From the NCBI GenBank assembly GCA_002499705.1, contig DAMU01000056.1:1-51939 (forward strand): a stretch of DNA of 51,939 nucleotides, read 5' to 3'. The notes under the pieces were generated by a model that was not told the origin of the DNA, searched no databases, and saw nothing but the letters and a program-made list of their open reading frames with translations. This document shows, piece by piece, positions 37,456 to 51,645 of this stretch. Positions within the stretch are counted from its first letter, which is position 1. Every line of letters begins with the position of its first letter. The position numbers and the translations under genes were made by a program. The stretch comes from Euryarchaeota archaeon UBA91. Lineage in GTDB: Archaea; Thermoplasmatota; Poseidoniia; Poseidoniales; Poseidoniaceae.

Positions 37456-37533
37456 GGGTTGGAGGCTTCGAGTAAATTCACCGTTTTTTCCTTCTCTTCT
37501 CTCTTCGATTTCCTCTCTTTTTTTGGCCTGTAG

Positions 37534-37708
37534 AATACGTCATTTGCGCTGCCGATTTTGGGTTGAAAAACAGGCCGCAGGACACCCGTTTTGCAGTACC
37601 TTTATACCCCCTCGTCACAGGGTATAGTTGTAGAGGGGGGCGAGGGTAGAGAAATAGCGGACTGCGGCCCAAAATTATCTCATTTTCAACCTTCAAAATC
37701 ATCGTATT
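37534..37708. repeat. Nested imperfect inverted repeat in the aroD/gyrB divergent region
   Basis: Arms AATACG/CGTATT, GATTTTG/CAAAATC, GGTTGAAAA/TTTTCAACC, GGCCGCAG/CTGCGGCC, CCCCCTC/GAGGGGG in correct nested order. Confidence 0.75.
37600..37607 (+). promoter_or_regulatory. Putative TATA box of gyrB-gyrA
   Basis: CTTTATAC, the best archaeal TATA match in the 300-bp region upstream of gyrB. Confidence 0.4.
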
Positions 37709-37721
37709 TTCGATACGCTAA

Positions 37722-42420
<4,699 letters not shown>

Positions 42421-42506
42421 ACCTTTTCTTGAATCGACGCCTTCAAACATGAATCCTTGCTGAGAGTGTTTGCACCGGCCCCCGTCGGCTGAAGCGGTGA
42501 TGTTGT

Positions 42507-43763
42507 ATGGATGAGCGTTCATTGATTTATGACTGGAATGCGATTGATTATGAAATCAACAGAAATCCTGCCAATCACCCTCATGAAGTGTGGTTTGATG
42601 ATGAAACTCTTCGTGATGGATTGCAAAGTCCAAGTGCTCGAAACCCAACCATTGAACAAAAGATCGAATTGTTGACATTCATGGAAAACCTTGGAATCCA
42701 AAAAGTTGATCTCGGCCTTCCGGGTGCTGGACCTTTCCATGTAGAACATATCGATGCTATGCTTTCGCACATCACTGAAAACGATTTCAAAATCCGTCCA
42801 GGTGCTGCGGTTCGCACGCTCATGCATGACATTGAGCCGCTGGTCCAATTGCAACAAAAGCACGGTATTCCCGTTCAAGCAAGTGCCTTTTTGGGAACCA
42901 GTCCGATTCGACAATATACAGAAGGTTGGACCATTGAGAAACTCATTTCAACGATGGAAAAGGCAGTCTCCTATGCTGTTGAAAACGATGTCCCGGTTAT
43001 GTTTGTCACCGAAGACACGACCCGTTCAAAACCAGAAGATATCAAAATCATCTACCAGCGTGCTATGGAATTAGGGGCTCGCAGTCTTTGCGTTTGCGAT
43101 ACATGCGGCCACGTCACACCCAATGGGGTCAAGAAATTGCTACAATTTATCGATGAAGAAGTCATCAAAGACAGTGGATTCAAGCGTTCAGAAATCGAAG
43201 TGAATTGGCACGGTCACCAAGACCGTGGATTAGGTGTGGCGAACAATATTGCTGCTGTTGAAGCAGGTGCAGATGTTATCCATGGCACCGCATTAGGCGT
43301 AGGTGAACGCGCAGGTAATGCCCCAATCGACCTTACACTGGTAAATTTGAAACTTCTCGGAGTAATTGACAACGACCTCACTCAATTGAATGATTACGTC
43401 AAGAAGGCCAACGAATACATCGAAGTACCTCTTCCTCGAAATTATCCAGTCTTTGGAACGGATGCCTTTGAAACCGGTACTGGCGTGCATGCATCTGCGG
43501 TGATTAAAGCAATGCGCAAGGGTGATGATTGGTTGGCAGACCGGGTATATTCTGGAGTCCCTGCTGGTGATTTTGGTCTCAAGCAAGTGATTCGCATCGG
43601 TCACATGGCTGGCCGTTCAAACATCCTATGGTGGCTTGAGCAGAACGGATATGAGGCCTCAGATGACCTTGTGGCTCATATTTTCGAAGTTGCGAAGAGT
43701 CAGCGAAGAAATATGGACGATGCTGAAGTGAAGAAAGAAGTCGATGCTTTCCTCAATGCTTAG
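42507..43763 (+). CDS. DRE-TIM metallolyase, LeuA / homocitrate synthase family, without regulatory domain
   Basis: DETLRDGLQ, EDTTR, CDTCG, HGHQDRGL, GVGERAGNA, GVHA. Confidence 0.88.
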   Translation: MDERSLIYDWNAIDYEINRNPANHPHEVWFDDETLRDGLQSPSARNPTIEQKIELLTFMENLGIQKVDLGLPGAGPFHVEHIDAMLSHITENDFKIRPGAAVRTLMHDIEPLVQLQQKHGIPVQASAFLGTSPIRQYTEGWTIEKLISTMEKAVSYAVENDVPVMFVTEDTTRSKPEDIKIIYQRAMELGARSLCVCDTCGHVTPNGVKKLLQFIDEEVIKDSGFKRSEIEVNWHGHQDRGLGVANNIAAVEAGADVIHGTALGVGERAGNAPIDLTLVNLKLLGVIDNDLTQLNDYVKKANEYIEVPLPRNYPVFGTDAFETGTGVHASAVIKAMRKGDDWLADRVYSGVPAGDFGLKQVIRIGHMAGRSNILWWLEQNGYEASDDLVAHIFEVAKSQRRNMDDAEVKKEVDAFLNA

Positions 43764-43765
43764 GC

Positions 43766-45091
43766 TCAAGATTCCTCTTCATTGTCATTGAATGTGTCAC
43801 CCGGGGCGATATTTCTCTCCTTTGTAACCGTCCATTCCGAATCCACACTTCCGCCACTCCAGTTGCCATCAACCGCAACCTCATCAACATCTTTCTCTTC
43901 TCTCCACACCGGTTCATTTTGAGAACCACAAACGAGGAATCGCCCGTTTTCATCAATTTGGTCATTCAACAATTTGATGTGCTTTGAAATCGGCAAAAAG
44001 TGTCCAACAGGCATGCCCGCTGCAGTAAATGGATTGGTTGCTGCACCGATAATTAGCCCGTCTTCAGGAGCAACGATGTCAACAGTTATTCCCGGCGTAG
44101 CAGGGTCAGAGATTGTTGCAATGACTTCTCCTTCTCGCATCACTGAGCCAGATGAGACAAACATGTCCAACAGCCCACCTTCTCCAGCGCGTAGCCAATG
44201 TGAGCCACTGGCAAGCATTCGGAACCGAGGGCGATGCGGATTGCCTTCTATCATGCGAAGTGAACGAAGAACATTCAAAACCCCGTGCATAGCCACCTTG
44301 ACCGCTTCATTATCGAGGAAGTTTGCGCCTCCTCCTTCGTAAGTGACGACCGGAATATCAACTTGAATCGCCGCTTTACGTAATGAGCCAGAAGGTGGTT
44401 TTGAGTCGAGAATAATTTCAATACCAAACGCTTTCGCTAAAATGTTTGAGCCAGGATGTGCGAGGTCTGCACGCAGTTGAGGCATGTTTGACCGACCTAC
44501 TCCTGCGCTGTGCAGATCGACAATGGCATCCACGTCGGAAAACAAGTATTTCCAAGTTTGAGCAGCGACGCGTTTTGTTGTTGAGCCTTTCATATCGCCA
44601 GGAAAGTGACGGTTCAAGTCCCGCCCGTCAGGGAAATAACGGGATTTAGAACGGTATCCGGGTAAATTGACGATTGGAACAATACGAATTGTTCCGGCTA
44701 AATGCTTTGGGTCCAGTGGTTTTCCATTATCTGTAAAGGTGTTTGACAGTAAATGGGTACATGTCGAAGGTCCTGTTAATTCATCACCGTGTACTCCACC
44801 TAGAATCGTAACAGTTGGACCGGGTCGAATTCCGTGAAGAATGGTGACAGGTATAGGCCACGATTCACCTAAGTCGGTCTCCAAAAGTGGAAGATGGACG
44901 GTCCTCATTGTTCCAGGCTTGATGATTTTTCGATAGAATCGAATATTCGACCATTCTGCACCTCTGTCCCATTCTGGTCTGTCTTCTAATTCATGCGATT
45001 TCATTGCCTCTTCAATGGCATTTCTTCGTCGTTTAGACAACTCGTGGGCAACGCGAATTTTTGCCTTCTTGCGGGGCTTCTTCGCTGCCAT
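43766..45091 (-). CDS. Succinylglutamate desuccinylase/aspartoacylase family (M14-like) protein
   Basis: GGVHGDE, DLNRHFPG, VDLHS, YEGG; C-terminal biotinyl-like domain. Confidence 0.9.
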   Translation of the reverse strand: MAAKKPRKKAKIRVAHELSKRRRNAIEEAMKSHELEDRPEWDRGAEWSNIRFYRKIIKPGTMRTVHLPLLETDLGESWPIPVTILHGIRPGPTVTILGGVHGDELTGPSTCTHLLSNTFTDNGKPLDPKHLAGTIRIVPIVNLPGYRSKSRYFPDGRDLNRHFPGDMKGSTTKRVAAQTWKYLFSDVDAIVDLHSAGVGRSNMPQLRADLAHPGSNILAKAFGIEIILDSKPPSGSLRKAAIQVDIPVVTYEGGGANFLDNEAVKVAMHGVLNVLRSLRMIEGNPHRPRFRMLASGSHWLRAGEGGLLDMFVSSGSVMREGEVIATISDPATPGITVDIVAPEDGLIIGAATNPFTAAGMPVGHFLPISKHIKLLNDQIDENGRFLVCGSQNEPVWREEKDVDEVAVDGNWSGGSVDSEWTVTKERNIAPGDTFNDNEEES

Positions 45092-45183
45092 GGTTATGGC
45101 AGGTAATCATCCTCAATAAGAATGCGTATCTGTTCGGTCAAACAAGCAAAGAAAACAAGTGCTAACAGATTGTCGCAAGTACA

Positions 45184-45650
45184 TGGAAGATGTAGGCGTC
45201 CAGCTCCAATATGCTCCAAGTTCAATCTGTTTTGGTTGTGGGCCTGCAAACAAAGAAGGTCTTCAAATCAACAGTTTTCGTATTGAAAATGGACTTTCAA
45301 TGGAATTTCTTCCTGAACCACACCACCAAGCGTTTCCCGGAATGATTAACGGAGGAATCATAGGAACTCTTCTTGACTGTCATGGAAATTGGACTGCAGC
45401 AGTAGCTATCATGGATGCCCAAGGACTTGACGAGCCACCTTGTACAGTGACTGCATCCTACACGGTTAAACTCCGCAGACCTACTCCCAAAGACGTCGTT
45501 CTCAAAGTCACCAGTCAAATCAAAGAATTAGGTGAAGATCGAGCCGAAATTGAATTGTTGCTCGAAGCCAATGGCAAGGTCTGTGCAACTGGAAGTGGGT
45601 TGTTTGTTGCGGTTAAAGAAGGCCATCCAGCATACCATCGTTGGAGTTGA
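45184..45650 (+). CDS. PaaI family (hotdog-fold) thioesterase
   Basis: CFGCGPAN..GL, PGMINGGIIGTLLDCH, VTA...VKLRRPTP; start ATG 45184 (ORF track GTG 45159). Confidence 0.88.
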
Positions 45651-45658
45651 AATGCTCC

Positions 45659-46216
45659 ATGGCAAAACCAAACAAAGAACAAATCATACTCCTCGAGGAG
45701 TTGAGGGACTTTGTTGTTGACGTCATGCTCGATATGCCCGAATGGGCTGATGCAGACGTACAAAGCCTACGTTCAGTCCCTCTTGGTGTCCTACGTAGAA
45801 ACGCAACTCAACGCCACGGAGTTACGCGTTGGAAACGAGGGGTTGACCTTCGAAACCTTCGTCCAGAAGATGTTGAAGTGATTGATTTGCATCCGAAGAT
45901 GCTCAATCCAGAATGGAAAGCATACTCTGCCTACGTGTTGCATCATGAATACATCCATGCACTTGGCTTACGGGCTCACAATTCACTCTTTCGTAAACTC
46001 GAGGCAGCATGGCCAGGTCATACAGCCAGCGTTTTTGGTATTCAATTCACAGAGCACCTTCGTCGGGCAAAAGCGATTTGGCTGTGGTGTTGTCCGGATT
46101 GTGACAAAGAATTCCCGCGACAAAAACGCTCTCGTGGAAAATACAAATGTCGGCAATGTAACACGACGCTTATCGACAAAAAAAATCCTGACCTTGCGAC
46201 AACAAGCCTGCAGTGA
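45659..46216 (+). CDS. SprT-like zinc metalloprotease with C-terminal zinc ribbon
   Basis: VLHHEYIHA...H...FR metalloprotease motif followed by CPDC...CRQC. Confidence 0.75.
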   Translation: MAKPNKEQIILLEELRDFVVDVMLDMPEWADADVQSLRSVPLGVLRRNATQRHGVTRWKRGVDLRNLRPEDVEVIDLHPKMLNPEWKAYSAYVLHHEYIHALGLRAHNSLFRKLEAAWPGHTASVFGIQFTEHLRRAKAIWLWCCPDCDKEFPRQKRSRGKYKCRQCNTTLIDKKNPDLATTSLQ

Positions 46217-46246
46217 ATTGAAGGCCAATGGTGCAGACGGCGTCCT

Positions 46247-48301
46247 ATGGGGTGCGCTCGGAGTATCGAACAGCGACCGTTGGGCGCATTGATTGTCGTG
46301 CTTAGCGTTCTTCTGTTTTCTCTCTGCATTCCAGCAGTTCAGGCTAATTTAACAGAATCCAGTAGCGGTGAAGAGTTGTTCTTGTCGTGTATTCAAGATG
46401 ATGAATGCCTTCTTACACCAGTTGCCAGTGGCGAAGAGGTCATTTCGAATACTGTTTTTGCATCTCCTGCACAGCCTGATACCATCACCTTCGAGTTTGA
46501 CATGGACCCTCAACAATCGCATTTGGCTCTGCTTCCGAGTACCCTAAAATCAATGATTATCGATTTGCGATTCACTGGTGAATTATCAGGTGCTAACAAA
46601 CCCGAATTGGAAGTCTCCTTGATTCTTGCATCTTCTGTTACGACATGGAACTTTGAAGCGGAGACCCTTCCTTCTGCCTCAACTTCAAATCCTTACACTC
46701 TTGAAGATGAAGAACTCAATTTAAATGGTGAGCGATTGTTGTGGCCTGAACAAACAGTACGATTGCGATTAACTTTCGTTCTTGATAGACCAGGTACTTG
46801 GGAGTTGCATCTCCGAGGTGCGTCCTCGATGGTCTTGGAGATTCCCTGGTCGGAGGATGTCGAGTCTAGAAACAGTGACGAACCGTCCAGTGACCTTGAA
46901 CCCCGTTCAACTGATTTCGAAACAATTCATTACGGAGCTTTACTTGAAAACGACCGAGATTGCTGGTCATTTGCCGTAGAGCAGCACGAACTCCTCAACA
47001 TCTACTTCGAATGGGAAAACGTACCGGTTGAGATTCAGCAAAGCCGTGGCTTACCTGACCTTATTCAGCCATCGGGCCGTCTTTCTCCTGCTCCGACAGT
47101 TGTGATTAAAGAAAATGATGACACCACCCGAATCACATACCGTTGGCGTGCCCTTCCAGTTGGAGACTACATCTTCTGTATCGGTGGGACTGCTGGTAAA
47201 TTCCAACCGTATCTATGGTCCGGCCAATTCGCTTTTGAGAGTCTTGGGCCGAGTAACCCTGTAGAATTCGATGGTGAAGCACTCTATCCCGCCGGCTCTG
47301 CATTACTTGGAGATGAAACCGAAGCACTATCGCTTTCTGAGTCTGGTTTCGGACTTCTCTTCATCTCTTTCCTTGCGCTTATCTTTTTCATACTCGATAG
47401 TCTGAGAAACTCAACCTCGAGTCTGCTTCGAATTGGTGTTTTCACGCCTGGTGTGTTGCTGATCTTGGTGGGGGGGATATTCCATCCGATGTGGGCACTT
47501 GCCGATGAGGTGCAGAAGGAATCTGAAATACAGTTCGATGACTTAATTGACATGCGATTGCAACAATTGTGGGATATCTCGTATCCGGGCGTCCCTGAAC
47601 AAGTCCTTGTGACGCATTCAAGTTCGACTTGGGGAATGTTAGATGGTGACCGCTTACAACTTCGGCTTCAAGTCGATGAAGCAGTACCTCTTCCCGACGG
47701 GCGATGGCAATTAATCGTTCCAGAATTACAGAATTTCCGTATTGACCAAGCCATCTTTTCTCAAGTAGCAATGGGAGGCGTTCAAACCAGTGATCAAGGG
47801 ATGCTTGAGCAACAATCGGTCCAGTTCATTCTTCTTGCAGGGCGTTCTCTTTTCCTTGATTTGTTGATGCTTGAGGCAATGATGGTGGTAGATGAACCAC
47901 CAAAATCCTCTGTATTCCACGTCGATTTTGAGATGGTTCGTGTCCAAGCCACTGATTCAGTCAGCGTTCCTGCATGGGGGACCCGTCCAAATTCAATCAC
48001 TGCTAATGATTGGGTTTTACTTCAAGGGGCGCTTTTCCCTGAACAAGTTTCAGTGAGCCTGTGTGATTGTGATTTTGACCTTTTAGATGTCAGATTTATC
48101 CCTTCACCAGGATTTGATATCGGAGATATCCCTCCTCAAATTGACATTGAGAATGCGTCAGGGCTCATCAGTTATTCTTCACCTGTTGCACTGCTCGGTA
48201 TTGCACTGTGTGCCTTTGCAAGCCGTTCTGAATCTCTTCGTAGAAAGAAAGCAAAAGCACTTGCCACTACTCTTTTTGGACAAAAGTCAAAGTGGGAGTG
48301 A
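46247..48301 (+). CDS. Hypothetical membrane protein with extracellular beta-rich domains
   Basis: Signal peptide, internal TM pair around residues 365-420, C-terminal TM and basic tail; long ORF. Confidence 0.7.
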   Translation: MGCARSIEQRPLGALIVVLSVLLFSLCIPAVQANLTESSSGEELFLSCIQDDECLLTPVASGEEVISNTVFASPAQPDTITFEFDMDPQQSHLALLPSTLKSMIIDLRFTGELSGANKPELEVSLILASSVTTWNFEAETLPSASTSNPYTLEDEELNLNGERLLWPEQTVRLRLTFVLDRPGTWELHLRGASSMVLEIPWSEDVESRNSDEPSSDLEPRSTDFETIHYGALLENDRDCWSFAVEQHELLNIYFEWENVPVEIQQSRGLPDLIQPSGRLSPAPTVVIKENDDTTRITYRWRALPVGDYIFCIGGTAGKFQPYLWSGQFAFESLGPSNPVEFDGEALYPAGSALLGDETEALSLSESGFGLLFISFLALIFFILDSLRNSTSSLLRIGVFTPGVLLILVGGIFHPMWALADEVQKESEIQFDDLIDMRLQQLWDISYPGVPEQVLVTHSSSTWGMLDGDRLQLRLQVDEAVPLPDGRWQLIVPELQNFRIDQAIFSQVAMGGVQTSDQGMLEQQSVQFILLAGRSLFLDLLMLEAMMVVDEPPKSSVFHVDFEMVRVQATDSVSVPAWGTRPNSITANDWVLLQGALFPEQVSVSLCDCDFDLLDVRFIPSPGFDIGDIPPQIDIENASGLISYSSPVALLGIALCAFASRSESLRRKKAKALATTLFGQKSKWE

Positions 48302-48304
48302 GTT

Positions 48305-48931
48305 TCACTTCTTGCCCTTCTTAGCCTTGCTCTTTGCATCTTGAATGACTTCTTCAGAATCGACTCCAGCCTTTTCTGCTGCCATCTTGATGCTCTTTTC
48401 TTCTTCTTCGGAAATCTCTCCGTCCTTAGAAGCCGATTTAACCGCAGCATCAACGTTCATCTTAGCCGCTTCTTCGTCTGTGATCCCAAGAGCGTCTTGG
48501 AATGATTTGAGTTCTGCCAATTCTTCTTCAGTGATGATTCCATCTTCCCAAGCAGCCTCATAGGATTCTAACAGGAAAGAGCGGTAAGCATCTGGGTTGA
48601 GTAAAACATCGCGAATCAAGCCATGATTAGGGCCATCGTCCATTTGTGACATTTCAAGGATAGCGATGGAGCGACGCATTTCTTTTACTGCCATGTCCTT
48701 GAGACCGTGTCCAGCCCAAACTGCGCCTGCAGCGATAACAGCTGCTGCAAACCAGCGCATGACATCAGGATTGACAAATTCCCAAGGTTGAACAAGATGG
48801 AAAATTCCGAGAACTGCCATTGCAGCCCCGCACATAACTTCGACCCAGTCATTCATATCGGGTTCGTCTTGAAAAACAGAAAGTCGCTCATCAACCATTG
48901 TTTCAACATCATCGGCCATGTGTAAGGTCAT
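48305..48931 (-). CDS. Membrane protein with TerB-like repeats
   Basis: Two N-terminal TM helices; repeats AWEDGIITEEE..EL and ASKDGEISEEE..SI. Confidence 0.55.
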   Translation of the reverse strand: MTLHMADDVETMVDERLSVFQDEPDMNDWVEVMCGAAMAVLGIFHLVQPWEFVNPDVMRWFAAAVIAAGAVWAGHGLKDMAVKEMRRSIAILEMSQMDDGPNHGLIRDVLLNPDAYRSFLLESYEAAWEDGIITEEELAELKSFQDALGITDEEAAKMNVDAAVKSASKDGEISEEEEKSIKMAAEKAGVDSEEVIQDAKSKAKKGKK

Positions 48932-49010
48932 GAGAAGGCAGGTCTTATGGATGTCGGATTGAACCTTTCCAAGCGTTGTCCTTTTGGACTGTTGGCGCGA
49001 CTGTCGTTAC

Positions 49011-51620
49011 ATGGAGGAGAGTGAGCGGGCTGTATCGGGCTTAGATTTGCCTCCAAAAGCCATTGAATTTTTAACAAAATCATGGGGTATCAAACACCTT
49101 CATCCACCTCAGTTTGAAGCGATGCCAAGTGTACTCTCAGGCTCAAACACTTTGCTGGCAATTCCAACTGCAAGCGGCAAGTCATTAGTTGCTTACATTG
49201 GTATTCTTCGGCGCTTGTTGATCGATGAACCTGGTTCAAAAGCAGTGTATATTGTACCTCTAAAAGCGCTCGCCAGTGAGAAGCATGAAGATTTGGTAGC
49301 ACTGGGTGGCTCGGTAGGATTGACCGTTGGGTTGGGTATCGGAGATGCTTCAGGAGAAGCCAAAAAAATCGACGAGTGTGACGTTCTTGTTTGTACATCT
49401 GAAAAACTCGATTCTCTCATGCGCAATCGCTCCGAATTGATGGCGAATGTGTCAATTGTGGTCGCTGATGAGTTTCATTTGATGAACGATAAAACCCGTG
49501 GTCCAACATTGGAAATCAATCTGACACGATTACGTTATTTACGACCAAAGGCTCAGATTATCGCTCTCTCTGCTACCGTAGGGAATTGTGAAGAACTCGC
49601 TACATGGTTAGATGCAAACCTCGTACTCTCTTCTTGGAGGCCAGTCGCTCTGGAATACAGTACCTTTCATGACCTTCATCTTGAGCCTCGCCTTGTACAA
49701 TCTGCTCAAATGTCCACCGAAGCAGAAATACTCCAGCCTCCACGTGATTTGGATGGGCCAAAATCACATCCGTCTTGGGCCGTCGTGAACGACGCCATAG
49801 ATCAGGATGGGCAAGTCTTGATTTTCGTAGGCACTCGTCGGAGTGCTCAATCAGAGGCACTGAAATTATCAAAACGCATCGAAAAACGATTGAAAAAAGA
49901 TGACCCAGACCGATTAAAACGCCTCCAAGACTTTGCATCCTCGCTCGAAGGTCGAAGTCAAACTGCGATGGCTGAACGGCTTGCAGAGTCTATTCGAGGC
50001 GGTGTTGCATTCCATCATGCTGGTCTAACCTATGGCCAGAGAAAGGCCATTGAGGGAGCTTTCAAGGAGGGTTTACTGATTGGATTGACCGCAACTCCAA
50101 CGCTTGCTGCCGGCGTGAATTTACCGGCACGAAGAGTCCTTGTTCGAGACCTCAAGCGTTGGGATGATGGAATGAGCCGTCCTCTTCCCGTCATGGAAGT
50201 TCGACAAATGCTGGGCCGTGCTGGCAGACCGAAATACGATAGTTTTGGAGAAGCATGGGTCTTGTGCAAAGGCACTGATGGATGGGGTGTTGCTGATGAT
50301 GTGAGTGAACGCTATTTCTTTGGCCCTGTTGAGTCTATTTCGTCAAAATTAGCAAGTGAGCCTGCCTTACGATCTCATCTTTTAGCGTCAGTTGCAACCG
50401 GTGGTTTCCGTCATAGAGGAGAAATTGGAGATTTCTTTTCAGCCACATTTCTTGGGGCTTCAATTCCAAAAAATCAGCTTAATGAACGCCTTGATGAGAT
50501 GCTAAATTGGCTCGTAGATGAACGATTTTTGCGCCGTAAAGGTAACGATGAAGGATACGCCCAACGTCGTGCAGATGCCCAAGTTGGAAAGAGTGATGAA
50601 GAGGATTGGGATGATGAATTGCCGATATGGGCCGCTATTGCCAAATCGACTGGTGGCGTAGAATTTAGCGCACCACGAGTTAATCAGCAACCACCTCCGC
50701 CAACCTCTTCTGCTTTTACTCAAGCATCCTTAGGATTCACGTCTGCCTCAGATTTAGCACATGTAGGAGGTTGGTCCTCACCCACTGGAAGCGACCATTC
50801 TTCAATGGAATATGAGGCTACATTGATGGGTGAACGTATCACTCAACTCTATTTGGACCCACTTTCAGCATCCATATTGAGGACCGGATTGCGTAGGGCG
50901 GTCCGTCGTAAAGTTCGTGAAAATGCTCCAGTCACTGACTTCGGTTTCATGCATTTGGCATCTTCAACTCCCGATTTCTTGCCACTTTGGGCCAAAAACT
51001 CGGAAATGGAACGAAGCTCTTCTCTTTGGTTGAAAACCAATTCAGTCGAAGATGAATTACTTTCCGACGACACATTGGAAGAACGATTACTCGGTAAAGT
51101 GAAATCTGCATGGATGCTTGAAATGTGGACAGAAGAAGAAACATTGCGTTCAATTGAGAGCGACCTTGACGTTAGTCCCGGTGATGTGAATCACAGAGTT
51201 GACCTCATGGGTTGGTTACTTGCTGCAGGCCAGCAAGTACTTCTCACAGATGACGTCTTTGCAGAGGAACATCTTCCAATGATTGGCGAGATTGCAACGA
51301 TGCTCGATTTACTTCGGCAACGAATTCGTCATGGGTGTAAACCTGATTTGCTTCAACTTGTCAACATTAAGCACGTTGGGCGTTCACGTGCTCGAGAACT
51401 TGCTGGAATGGGCATTCGTACACCAAAAGACGTCATGGCAATGAATCGGACAACTCGAAATCAACTGTTAGCAAAGCGTGGCTGGGGTCCAATGTTGCTT
51501 GAAAAGATTCACAAAGAAGTTGAAAAAGTACTCTTACGTTCTCAAACCGCTCCTACAAGAGTTGTCCAACAAAGGGACGATGATGTGCCTTTGTCTGATG
51601 AATCCCAATCGGATAATTGA
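49011..51620 (+). CDS. hel308: ATP-dependent DNA helicase Hel308 (Hjm, Ski2-like)
   Basis: PTASGKS, PLKALASEK, DEFH, LSAT, AFHHAGL, ATPTLAAGVNLPAR, QMLGRAGRP, LYLDP, RIRHG, HhH VGRSRAR; start ATG 49011. Confidence 0.95.
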   Translation: MEESERAVSGLDLPPKAIEFLTKSWGIKHLHPPQFEAMPSVLSGSNTLLAIPTASGKSLVAYIGILRRLLIDEPGSKAVYIVPLKALASEKHEDLVALGGSVGLTVGLGIGDASGEAKKIDECDVLVCTSEKLDSLMRNRSELMANVSIVVADEFHLMNDKTRGPTLEINLTRLRYLRPKAQIIALSATVGNCEELATWLDANLVLSSWRPVALEYSTFHDLHLEPRLVQSAQMSTEAEILQPPRDLDGPKSHPSWAVVNDAIDQDGQVLIFVGTRRSAQSEALKLSKRIEKRLKKDDPDRLKRLQDFASSLEGRSQTAMAERLAESIRGGVAFHHAGLTYGQRKAIEGAFKEGLLIGLTATPTLAAGVNLPARRVLVRDLKRWDDGMSRPLPVMEVRQMLGRAGRPKYDSFGEAWVLCKGTDGWGVADDVSERYFFGPVESISSKLASEPALRSHLLASVATGGFRHRGEIGDFFSATFLGASIPKNQLNERLDEMLNWLVDERFLRRKGNDEGYAQRRADAQVGKSDEEDWDDELPIWAAIAKSTGGVEFSAPRVNQQPPPPTSSAFTQASLGFTSASDLAHVGGWSSPTGSDHSSMEYEATLMGERITQLYLDPLSASILRTGLRRAVRRKVRENAPVTDFGFMHLASSTPDFLPLWAKNSEMERSSSLWLKTNSVEDELLSDDTLEERLLGKVKSAWMLEMWTEEETLRSIESDLDVSPGDVNHRVDLMGWLLAAGQQVLLTDDVFAEEHLPMIGEIATMLDLLRQRIRHGCKPDLLQLVNIKHVGRSRARELAGMGIRTPKDVMAMNRTTRNQLLAKRGWGPMLLEKIHKEVEKVLLRSQTAPTRVVQQRDDDVPLSDESQSDN

Positions 51621-51645
51621 AAGAGAATCTCCCTTTGGAATCACC

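Noticed and set aside
42455..42500. TPP riboswitch (GCTGAGA motif)
   Set aside because: The downstream CCUGAU and AGCG-GGA elements are missing, and the gene is unrelated to thiamine.
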